From NCBI GenBank assembly GCA_963699255.1, contig OY969425.1:1260001-1292000 (forward strand): a stretch of DNA of 32,000 bases, read 5' to 3'. This DNA is from an uncultured bacterium (GTDB taxonomy: Bacteria > Margulisbacteria > WOR-1 > CAVSGV01). Position numbers and translations under genes: made by a program. The notes below the pieces were generated by a model. The model was not told the DNA's origin, ran no database searches, and saw only the letters and a program-made list of their open reading frames with translations. Below are positions 22,403 to 29,862 of the stretch, piece by piece; position 1 is the first letter of the stretch; every line of letters starts with the position of its first letter.

Positions 22403-23254
22403 TTGTATATGGAATCCCTGAAATCCTTTATTTGCGAAAGCTTTTCCTGGATCAGCGCGGCGTTCCCCTGTTTTATGAGCTTTTCGATCTCCGAAAGCGA
22501 CTTTTTGAACGAGCTCAGCGAGGAAAGCACCGCTTTTTTATTTGTTATGAACATGTCCGTCCCAAGGCTAGGGTCGCCGGACGCTATTCTTGTGGTATCG
22601 CGGAAGCCGGAAGCGGCGAACTGGGTCATGCTTGAGCTGAATTTATCCGAACTGAGAACTGAATCAACCAGCGCGGCGGCCACGGCAACGGGCATATGGC
22701 TTATGCCGGCGACTATACAGTCGTGAAAATCGGGATCAAGGACATGAACCTTTGCTCCAAGCTTAGAAATTAAGGTCTTTAAAATATTCAAAGACTTGAT
22801 GTCCGTTTTTGCCGTCTTGGTCAAGATGTAATTCTTGCCTTCAAGCAAACCGGTTTCCGCGTGCTCAAGCCCGACTTTTTCCTTGCCTGCCATCGGATGA
22901 CCGCCGACAAAGAAGTATCTTTTTCCTCGCAAGTTTTTCCGCTTCCTTTACTATTAACGCCTTCGAGCTGCCGACGTCGGTGATTATCGCCCCGGGTTTA
23001 ACGAACTGGATTATCTTGCTGATCTCCGGAACTATCAGGTGGATCGGATAACAAATGAATATGATATCCGCTTCCTGTATTATTCCTTTTATGTTGGTGG
23101 ACGCGTAATCAACGGCTTTCATCTTAACTGCGAGAGCCGCTTTTGCTGGTTCCCTGGTAAGGCCGATAACTCTCGCGAGTTTCTTCTTCCTGATGGCCAT
23201 CCCGAGGGAGCCGCCGATGAGTCCGAGGCCTACTATAGTGACCTTTAGCTGCAT
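22399..23254 (-). pseudogene. tyrA: Prephenate dehydrogenase, interrupted as sequenced by a 1-nt insertion in a T5 run (22920-22924)
   Basis: The N-terminal ORF (23254-22865) has the Rossmann motif VTIVGLGLIGGSLG. The C-terminal ORF (22932-22399) begins RYFFVGGHPMAGKEK. Removing one A from AGGAAAAAGATAC (minus sense) gives ...EKLARKRYFFVGGHPMAG in a single frame. Confidence 0.85.
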
Positions 23255-23260
23255 AAGGTT

Positions 23261-23289
23261 ATTTTAGGGGATATATATATGTTAGTCAA
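23261..23289 (-). promoter_or_regulatory. Sigma70-type promoter of tyrA-aroA-mutL; predicts a leaderless mRNA
   Basis: On the minus strand TTGACT (23289-23284) and TAAAAT (23266-23261) are separated by a 17-nt spacer. Only 6 nt (AACCTT) follow before the ATG at 23254, and there is no SD. Confidence 0.5.
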
Positions 23290-23299
23290 ATGCAGTAAA

Positions 23300-23315
23300 G
23301 AGATGCGAGATGCGA
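23300..23315. repeat. Tandem GATGCGA heptamers (GAGATGCGAGATGCGA)
   Basis: GATGCGA occurs at 23302-23308 and 23309-23315 and is followed by AAAG. The pair lies just upstream of the tyrA -35 and downstream of the chagasin-like gene. Confidence 0.8.
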
Positions 23316-23330
23316 AAAGTTATGTATATA

Positions 23331-23717
23331 TTATTTTACGGTAATTTTAAGGTCAAATGTTCTCGCCGGCGCAAGTTTCTCCCACCGCCTGCGGTATGCG
23401 AACTTTAACTCGGTTTTACCGGACCTTACGGCTTTATAATGAAAAGTGAACTTGCCTCCCGAACCGATCAATTTAGATTTAGACCTATATTCCGGATCTT
23501 TTATCTGTTTAAGAACTTGTGAAGTGTCTACTGCCGCATCCCATGTGTACCCGGTCGTCGGGTTACCCTCAAGGACTATGTTAAAGCATCCGCCGGACTT
23601 TAGCTCAATGTTCTTGCCGGAATCGGAAGCCGTGATCTCAATTTGTTTTTTTGGGGAGCAGGCAAGACCGCACAGCATGAGGAAAACCATTAGCAATGGG
23701 ACATTCTTTCGTAACAT
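23331..23717 (-). CDS. Chagasin-family (MEROPS I42) cysteine-peptidase inhibitor, lipoprotein
   Basis: GNPTTGYTWD is the hallmark NPTTG(Y)xW motif of chagasin/ICP. MLRKNVPLLMVFLMLCGLAC is a signal peptide with a lipobox. I take the ATG at 23717 as the start rather than the track start at 23777. Confidence 0.75.
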   Translation of the reverse strand: MLRKNVPLLMVFLMLCGLACSPKKQIEITASDSGKNIELKSGGCFNIVLEGNPTTGYTWDAAVDTSQVLKQIKDPEYRSKSKLIGSGGKFTFHYKAVRSGKTELKFAYRRRWEKLAPARTFDLKITVK

Positions 23718-23739
23718 CAGGTTCTCCTTCCAAATCTTG

Positions 23740-24285
23740 TCATGATCCGAACAACATGTACCAGAGGCCCGATGCAACGGTCCGGCCCGCTTTGATCTCG
23801 CTTGATATCAGGTCTTTTATGCCGCGCTTTTCGCAAAGCACAACTTCTATCTGCTCCTCCGGCTCCAAATCCTGGACAGGATACTTATTGCGCGGATCGC
23901 TTTCATCGATCTCAACCGATACCATATGCACATCGTCGTCTATCAACGCCGGGCTTAATTTGAAGGAGGGGCTGACCTCAACGATCCTGCCGGTATAACC
24001 GGTTTCTTCCTTAAGTTCCCTTAATGCTTCCCCCGCTATATCCTTCCCCTCGGACAAACCCGCAGGGAAGCCGAGCACGAAGTTGTCTATCGGCGGACGG
24101 AACTGCCGGATAAGCACATACCTGTTCGAAGGCTTCATCACGCCTATCACCACGATGACGGACCTCTTGCTCTTCCTGGTCACGCTCTCCCACTTTACCT
24201 CTTTGCCGTCACGGGAGAGGAATGTCGATTCTTTTAACGAAAGAAAATCGCCGCGGCACAGTACCTTCTCGCTTATCTTTTTCAT
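23740..24285 (-). CDS. NUDIX hydrolase (ADP-ribose pyrophosphatase-like)
   Basis: The Nudix box is GFPAGLSEGKDIAGEALRELKEETGY (G-x5-E-x7-REUxEExGU). Confidence 0.85.
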   Translation of the reverse strand: MKKISEKVLCRGDFLSLKESTFLSRDGKEVKWESVTRKSKRSVIVVIGVMKPSNRYVLIRQFRPPIDNFVLGFPAGLSEGKDIAGEALRELKEETGYTGRIVEVSPSFKLSPALIDDDVHMVSVEIDESDPRNKYPVQDLEPEEQIEVVLCEKRGIKDLISSEIKAGRTVASGLWYMLFGS

Positions 24286-24302
24286 TTCTTATTTCAATCC
24301 TT

Positions 24303-24920
24303 CTAACTTTTCCTGTTGTGTCTCTTGATATGTTTGTAAACGAAATATCCGACCAGAGCGGCCAGAAGCAGCAGTACGGCAGCGTCAATGTATCTGCTGT
24401 ATCTCATGACAGCTTCCCAGTTGTTCTTAAGGTAAAACCCGGAAAACGCCAGGAAGCCGTTCCAGAGCCCCGCTCCCAGCGCCGTGAACAGGTAGAACTT
24501 CAGGAAATCCATTCTTGCGAATCCCGCGGGAATAGAGATCAGATGGCGCACGACCGGGATGAACCGGCCTATGAAGATGGTCGCCTCGCCGTATCTATTG
24601 AAGAATTTTTCTGTGGCGTCCAGCTCTTCCTTATCGAGCAGCAGGAACTTTCCGTACCTGTGGATCACGGCCTTCTCGCAATAATATCCTATGGCATACG
24701 AGATAGCGGATCCCACAAGGCTTCCCGCCGTGCTGACCAGCACCACCCAAAAAAATGTGAACTTTCCATCCGCCACAAGGAATCCCGCAAAAGGCATTAC
24801 CGCCTCGCTGGGGACGGGCAGCACCATGCTCTCCATTACCATCGCGGCAAAAACAGTGATGTATCCGGTGCTGTACATGAAGTGTGAGATATGTGATGCC
24901 AAAAACTCAGTTAAGCCCAA
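24303..24920 (-). CDS. DedA-family inner-membrane protein
   Basis: ESMVLPVPSEAVMPFAGFLVADGKF...GRFIPVVRHLISIPAG matches the DedA / SNARE-associated family pattern. Confidence 0.85.
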   Translation of the reverse strand: MGLTEFLASHISHFMYSTGYITVFAAMVMESMVLPVPSEAVMPFAGFLVADGKFTFFWVVLVSTAGSLVGSAISYAIGYYCEKAVIHRYGKFLLLDKEELDATEKFFNRYGEATIFIGRFIPVVRHLISIPAGFARMDFLKFYLFTALGAGLWNGFLAFSGFYLKNNWEAVMRYSRYIDAAVLLLLAALVGYFVYKHIKRHNRKS

Positions 24921-24943
24921 CTACAGCTCCTTAATAAATAAGA

Positions 24944-25011
24944 GACGTGAGATGTGAGATGGGAGATGCGATAAAACAAATTCCTTTCGCACTTCACATC
25001 CCTCATCTCAC
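24944..25011. repeat. Inverted repeat made of GATGNGA heptamers (four forward, about 3.5 inverted)
   Basis: The forward units are GACGTGA GATGTGA GATGGGA GATGCGA (24944-24971). A 15-nt loop follows. The inverted arm is TCGCACT TCACATC CCTCATC TCAC (24987-25011). By hand count about 20-21 of 25 positions pair. The right arm overlaps the flavodoxin-like stop codon. Confidence 0.85.
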
Positions 25012-25478
25012 TTTCCGCATATTTCATTGGCAAAATCCTTGACCTTCTGAATGTGTTTGTCTTTCTTTACTTCCATTTCCTTGAAATCGAGAACGGCAAC
25101 CGGCTTTTTCCCGCATAACCCCTCCATGGTCTTGAAAGTATTGCCGGAAGCCCCACCCATTGTAAGGAAAAAAGCCACTTTCTTGAAGCTCTCCCTGTTC
25201 TTTGTGATATAAGCCCTGACCGCCGGAGTAAGGGTCCACGCCCAAACAGGGGTTCCGATGACAACGATATCGTAATTCGATGGATCATACTTATTTGAAT
25301 TGATATTGATGGGTTTCCTAAGCGTCGCATCGCGTCCGGCCGTCAGCCAACCCCAGATGCCGCGCCTGTCCTTCTGATCGATTATTTCCTCGATATCGGA
25401 ATGAAGCGCGCCCGCGATCGCCCCGGCAGTTTTTTTTGTCGTGCCCGTTCTTGAATAATATACGACCAGCGATTTCAT
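25008..25478 (-). CDS. Flavodoxin-like fold protein
   Basis: MKSLVVYYSRTGTTKKTA is the FMN phosphate-binding loop type. IVVIGTPVW follows, and the protein is 156 aa. Confidence 0.7.
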   Translation of the reverse strand: MKSLVVYYSRTGTTKKTAGAIAGALHSDIEEIIDQKDRRGIWGWLTAGRDATLRKPININSNKYDPSNYDIVVIGTPVWAWTLTPAVRAYITKNRESFKKVAFFLTMGGASGNTFKTMEGLCGKKPVAVLDFKEMEVKKDKHIQKVKDFANEICGK

Positions 25479-25547
25479 GACCCGCGTATTATATCAGGAA
25501 AATTTAATCCCATCTAATATCTATTGCTCACTCAAAAACATCCGGAG

Positions 25548-25590
25548 TATGTCAATATAGATTGACATATAAACACTGAGTATTTATAAT
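25548..25590 (+). promoter_or_regulatory. Consensus promoter with overlapping 9-4-9 inverted repeat (candidate ArsR operator)
   Basis: The inverted repeat is TATGTCAAT-ATAG-ATTGACATA (25548-25569), with perfect arms. TTGACA (25562-25567) and TATAAT (25585-25590) are separated by a 17-nt spacer. The arsR ATG is at 25602. Confidence 0.6.
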
Positions 25591-25601
25591 ATCGGGCAAT
25601 C

Positions 25602-25904
25602 ATGGAACGAGCATTATGTTGCAGAATAGATACGTCAAAGGTAGCCGGGTTGCTTAAGGCGCTATCTGAACCTAACCGCTTGCAGCTGATATGCCTCCTC
25701 CGCCGCGGGAAAAGATGCGTTTGTGAACTCCAATCCGACACCGGGCTTACACACAACCTTCTCTGCCATCATCTGAAAGCGCTCGGCAAGCTAGGGTTGA
25801 TCGATGCGACACATAAAAATCAATTCACCTATTATGCCCTTAATATCAAGAATTTCCGGAAAATGCTTAAAGATATGAATATGTTGCTGGGAGGGGATCA
25901 ATGA
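25602..25904 (+). CDS. arsR: ArsR/SmtB-family metalloregulator
   Basis: LSEPNRLQLICLLRRGKRCVCELQSDTGLTHNLLCHHLKAL is a winged HTH with the CVC As(III)-binding motif. Confidence 0.85.
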   Translation: MERALCCRIDTSKVAGLLKALSEPNRLQLICLLRRGKRCVCELQSDTGLTHNLLCHHLKALGKLGLIDATHKNQFTYYALNIKNFRKMLKDMNMLLGGDQ

Positions 25905-26953
25905 ATAAAATAAATATATTTGAAAGATACCTGACCCTCTGGGTAGTCCTTTGCATGGCGGCCGGAGTAACGATCGGAAAAATATTTCCGCAAGCCACCG
26001 GGATCATACGAAGCCTTGAGTTCGGGGCCGGAAGCCAGATAAACATCGTTATAGCCGTGCTGATATGGCTGATGATATACCCGATGATGCTGAAGATAGA
26101 TTTCACCTCCATTCTCGACGTCAGGAAAAAACCGAAGGGGCTCGCAGTTACCTTGTTCGTTAACTGGCTCGTCAAGCCTTTCAGCATGGCCGTGATAAGC
26201 TGGATCTTCTTTAAATTGATCTTTCTGCCGATGATAGGGATCGATCTTGCCAACCAGTATATCGCCGGAACGATATTGCTGGCGGCTACGCCGTGCACCG
26301 CGATGGTGTTCGTCTGGAGTTATTTGACCAACGGCGATCCGGCATACACGCTCGTTCAGGTGGCCGTGAACGACCTGATAATGCTGTTCGCTTTCGCCCC
26401 TATCGTGGCCTTTCTTATAACCGGGGCCTCCAATCTGACGGTCCCTTTTAATGTGCTTTTTTACGCGGTCGTTATCTTCATCGTCATACCGCTGTCTGCC
26501 GGAGCGATCAGCAGACAGTTGCTGATAAAACGCAAGGGACTTGAATGGTTCGAGAACAAATTCCTTGCCGTTTTCCAACCGGTCACCATAATAGCTTTGT
26601 TCCTGACGCTCATGACGATATTCGCGTTCCAGGCGGACAACATAACCGTAAGGTGGTTCCATGTGATATTGATAGCCGTCCCCATAACGATACAGGGTTA
26701 CCTCGTTTTTTCGCTCACATATGGATTGATGTGGCTTCTTAAGGTCCCGTTCAGCATTGCGGCTCCGGGAGCTCTTATAGGAGCCAGCAATTTCTTTGAA
26801 CTCGCGGTAGCAACCGCAATAACTCTGTACGGCCCGCAGTCCGGCGCCGCTCTTGCCACCGTTGTCGGCGTTCTTGTGGAAGTGCCGGTAATGCTATCCG
26901 TCTGTTCCATATGCAACAGGACAAGACGCTGGTTTGACGGCTGCAAGGGCTGA
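25901..26953 (+). CDS. acr3: ACR3-family arsenite efflux transporter
   Basis: The protein begins FERYLTLWVVLCMAAGVTIGKIFP, contains LLAATPCTAMVFVWS and is 350 aa with about 10 TM segments. Its ATGA overlaps arsR. Confidence 0.9.
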   Translation: MNKINIFERYLTLWVVLCMAAGVTIGKIFPQATGIIRSLEFGAGSQINIVIAVLIWLMIYPMMLKIDFTSILDVRKKPKGLAVTLFVNWLVKPFSMAVISWIFFKLIFLPMIGIDLANQYIAGTILLAATPCTAMVFVWSYLTNGDPAYTLVQVAVNDLIMLFAFAPIVAFLITGASNLTVPFNVLFYAVVIFIVIPLSAGAISRQLLIKRKGLEWFENKFLAVFQPVTIIALFLTLMTIFAFQADNITVRWFHVILIAVPITIQGYLVFSLTYGLMWLLKVPFSIAAPGALIGASNFFELAVATAITLYGPQSGAALATVVGVLVEVPVMLSVCSICNRTRRWFDGCKG

Positions 26954-26976
26954 TCATGGTCAAAGGGGTAAAATAA

Positions 26977-27926
26977 ATGTTTAAATATTTTGCAGATCTT
27001 ATCACTTACGATCTCCTGCGCTTATCCAGAGGGTCGCATATCGCCGAAAGCGTTAATTTTTTCATTTATGATGTCCCGAAGATATATATAATGCTCCTGT
27101 GCATCGTATTCGTAGTCGCCATCTTACGAAGTTTCCTTCCTCCTGAAAAGATAAGATCAATATTAAGCCGGAGGAACGAGATCGTAGGAAATATTCTCGC
27201 CGCGTGCTTCGGGATATTTACGCCTTTCTGCACCTGTTCCGCCATCCCGCTATTCATGGGAATGCTGCAATCCGGCGTTCCGCTCGGAGTTACCATGTCA
27301 TTCCTTGTCTCCGCCCCTGTTATCAATGAAGTGGCTTTAGTGCTTCTGTGGGGGCTTTTCGGATGGCGAGTTGCCGTTACATATATAATAAGCGGTTTGG
27401 TCGTCGCTATAGCGGCAGGGATAATAATAGGACGGTTGAAAATGGAGCGTTTTGTAGAAGACTTTGTTACCCAGGGAGGATGCACTTGCGCTGAGCCCGG
27501 AAATACCTCTTCATGGAAAGACAGGTTCGAATATGCGTTCGAATATACGAAAGACATTTTCTTTCAGGTCTGGATTTATATCATGATCGGCGTCGGTGTC
27601 GGCGCCATGATCCACGGATATATCCCTATAGATCTCGTGACCCGATACGCGAGCAAAAGCAATCCTTTCGCGGTCATCATCGCCGTGCTGCTCGGCATCC
27701 CTATCTATGCCAACTGCGCTGGCGCGATACCCGTGGTCCAGGCGATCCTGGAAAAGGAGCTCCCCTCGGTACCAGCCTGGCTTTCCTGATGTCCGTAACA
27801 GGGTTGTCGCTGCCGGAATTCATCATCCTTAGAAAAGTGTTGAAACCAAGGCTGCTCCTGACTTTCTTCGGCACTGTCGCGGTCGGGATAGTATTGATCG
27901 GGTACTTTTTCAATTTTATTTTCTGA
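26977..27926 (+). pseudogene. arsP: ArsP-type permease (PF03773-like), interrupted as sequenced by a 1-nt deletion at GAAAAGG (27751-27757)
   Basis: TPFCTCSAIPLF carries the vicinal Cys pair known from ArsP. Frame 1 ends ...VVQAILEKELPSVPAWLS*. The neighbouring frame reads GKGAPLGTSLAFLMSVTGLSLPEFIILRKVL... to 27926. One extra A or G gives ...AILEKGAPLGTSLAFLM. Confidence 0.75.
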
Positions 27927-27936
27927 GGAGTAAAAT

Positions 27937-28176
27937 ATGGAAATAAAAGTGCTCGGACCGGGTTGCCCAAACTGCAAGGACCTGGAAAGACGGGTTAAGC
28001 AGGCTTTATTGGAACTGAAAATCGATGCGAAAGTGACAAAGGTCAGCGATTGGAAAGATATCGGAAAATACGTTATGATGACCCCGGGTCTGGTGATAAA
28101 TGAAAAGGTAAAGCATTCGGGAAAGCCTCTTCCGAGAGTGGAACAGATAAAAAAATGGATCAAAGAAGAGATATAA
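27937..28176 (+). CDS. Small thioredoxin-fold protein (redox-active disulfide protein 2 type)
   Basis: The protein is 79 aa, MEIKVLGPGCPNCKDL...TPGLVINEKV, with a CPxC motif. It is a usual partner of PF03773 permeases. Confidence 0.8.
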   Translation: MEIKVLGPGCPNCKDLERRVKQALLELKIDAKVTKVSDWKDIGKYVMMTPGLVINEKVKHSGKPLPRVEQIKKWIKEEI

Positions 28177-28905
28177 ATGCTTAAGATCGAGAATCTCAAT
28201 TTAAAACGCGGCGACAAGCAGATAATAAGTGACGTCAGCTTTGAGGTCCCGGACGGCGAGATATTCGGTGTGCTCGGCACCAACGGCGCCGGAAAAAGCT
28301 CGCTGGCCTATGTTCTTATGGGAAGCTCCGGATATCAGCCTGACAGCGGAAAGATAACTTTCAACGGCACTGACATAACCGACAAAACCATGGATGAAAG
28401 GGCGCGACTCGGGATCACCCTGGCATGGCAGGAGCCGGCGAGGTTCGAGGGACTCCCGATCCTCGACTTCATCCTTCTTGGAAGCAAGGAAAAAGGCCAC
28501 ACGCTGGCCGAGAACTACATGGACAACATGAGATTGACGGTCAGCGAATACCGGACAAGGCAGGTGGATAAGACTCTGAGCGGGGGGGAGAGAAAGAAAA
28601 TAGAACTCGCTTCTGTTCTGGCGATGAAACCGAAACTCGCGATACTTGATGAACCCGACTCCGGCATCGATATGCTGTCCCAGGAAGCCGTGATCAATAT
28701 GATACGCGAGATAAAGAGCTACGGCGGCTCCGTCATCCTTATCACGCATGACGAAGAAGTCGTGAATATCGCGGACCGCGTGGCGCTCATGTGCAGCGGG
28801 CTTGCTTTCAAAGTAGGGAAACCCAAAGAAATAATCGGATATTACAGGGAACACTGCAAGCCATGCCCCACAAAAGCATATCCGGCAAAAGGGGAAAGCA
28901 AATGA
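28177..28905 (+). CDS. sufC: SufC-like ABC ATPase of a minimal SUF system
   Basis: It has Walker A (GTNGAGKSS), the SufC-like region TDITDKTMDERARLGITLAWQEPARFEG, the signature LSGGERKK and Walker B (LAILDEPDSG). Confidence 0.85.
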   Translation: MLKIENLNLKRGDKQIISDVSFEVPDGEIFGVLGTNGAGKSSLAYVLMGSSGYQPDSGKITFNGTDITDKTMDERARLGITLAWQEPARFEGLPILDFILLGSKEKGHTLAENYMDNMRLTVSEYRTRQVDKTLSGGERKKIELASVLAMKPKLAILDEPDSGIDMLSQEAVINMIREIKSYGGSVILITHDEEVVNIADRVALMCSGLAFKVGKPKEIIGYYREHCKPCPTKAYPAKGESK

Positions 28906-29849
28906 CGGATTACACGAAAGATTACCAGATGATGCTGGACGCATATAAGAACGCGGAAGGAAATCCAGCTATTTTCAATGACGCGAAGATCGCCCACCTG
29001 CTGGTCCACAAGAACAATGTCATAGGCAAGCATCTTGTGCCCGGTCTTATAGTTGAACCAAAGGAAACCAAGGACGGGATCGACCTCAAGTTCAAGGTGC
29101 TCCCCGATAATAAGATCGAGTTCCCCGTCCATCTCTGTTTCGGCGTGCTGCCAAAGGAAGGGATCCAGATCATCAATATTGACGCGGAGGTCGGTGAGAA
29201 CAGCAAGGTTACGCTCCTCGCGCACTGTATTTTCCCCAACGCCGTCAAAGTCGTACACAAGATGCAGGCAAAGATAGTCGTAAAAAAGAACGCGTCGTAT
29301 GAATATAACGAGGTCCACTTCCACGGGGAGGACGGCGGTGTGGATGTCGTGCCGAAAGCAAAGATAATCCTTGAAGAAGGCGGAAGGCTCCTGACAAATT
29401 TCCAGCTCATCCACGGCAGGGTGGGAACGCTTGATATAGATTATGAGGTGGAAGCCGCGAAAGACGCGGTCGTAGAAATGATCGCCAAGGCGTACGGCTA
29501 TGGGACGGATAAGATCAAAATAAGGGAAAAGACTATTTTGAGGGGCGAAGGTTCCCGCGGCATCATTAAAAGCCGCGTAGCCGTCAAGAACGAAGCGACC
29601 AGCGAGGTTTATTCGGAGGTCCAGGCTTACGGAAGAAACTCCCGCGGCCACGTTGACTGCGTTGAAATAGTCCAGGATAAAGGCCAGGCAAGGGCCGTTC
29701 CGATCGTTGATGTCTTCGAGCATACGGCAAAGGTCACGCACGAGGCCGCCATCGGAAGCGTCGACAAAGCCCAGCTGGAGACGCTGATGGCAAGAGGTTT
29801 GCGCTCGGACGAAGCGGTTGATATCATCATCAAGGGGATGTTGAAATAG
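28902..29849 (+). CDS. SufB/SufD-family Fe-S scaffold protein (short, SmsB-like)
   Basis: The C-terminal ...FEHTAKVTHEAAIGSVDKAQLETLMARGLRSDEAVDIIIKGM matches the SufBD C-terminal motif. The ATG at 28902 overlaps the sufC stop (ATGA). The track start at 28791 is an extension into sufC. Confidence 0.8.
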   Translation: MTDYTKDYQMMLDAYKNAEGNPAIFNDAKIAHLLVHKNNVIGKHLVPGLIVEPKETKDGIDLKFKVLPDNKIEFPVHLCFGVLPKEGIQIINIDAEVGENSKVTLLAHCIFPNAVKVVHKMQAKIVVKKNASYEYNEVHFHGEDGGVDVVPKAKIILEEGGRLLTNFQLIHGRVGTLDIDYEVEAAKDAVVEMIAKAYGYGTDKIKIREKTILRGEGSRGIIKSRVAVKNEATSEVYSEVQAYGRNSRGHVDCVEIVQDKGQARAVPIVDVFEHTAKVTHEAAIGSVDKAQLETLMARGLRSDEAVDIIIKGMLK

Positions 29850-29862
29850 GGAGGGGATTGAT

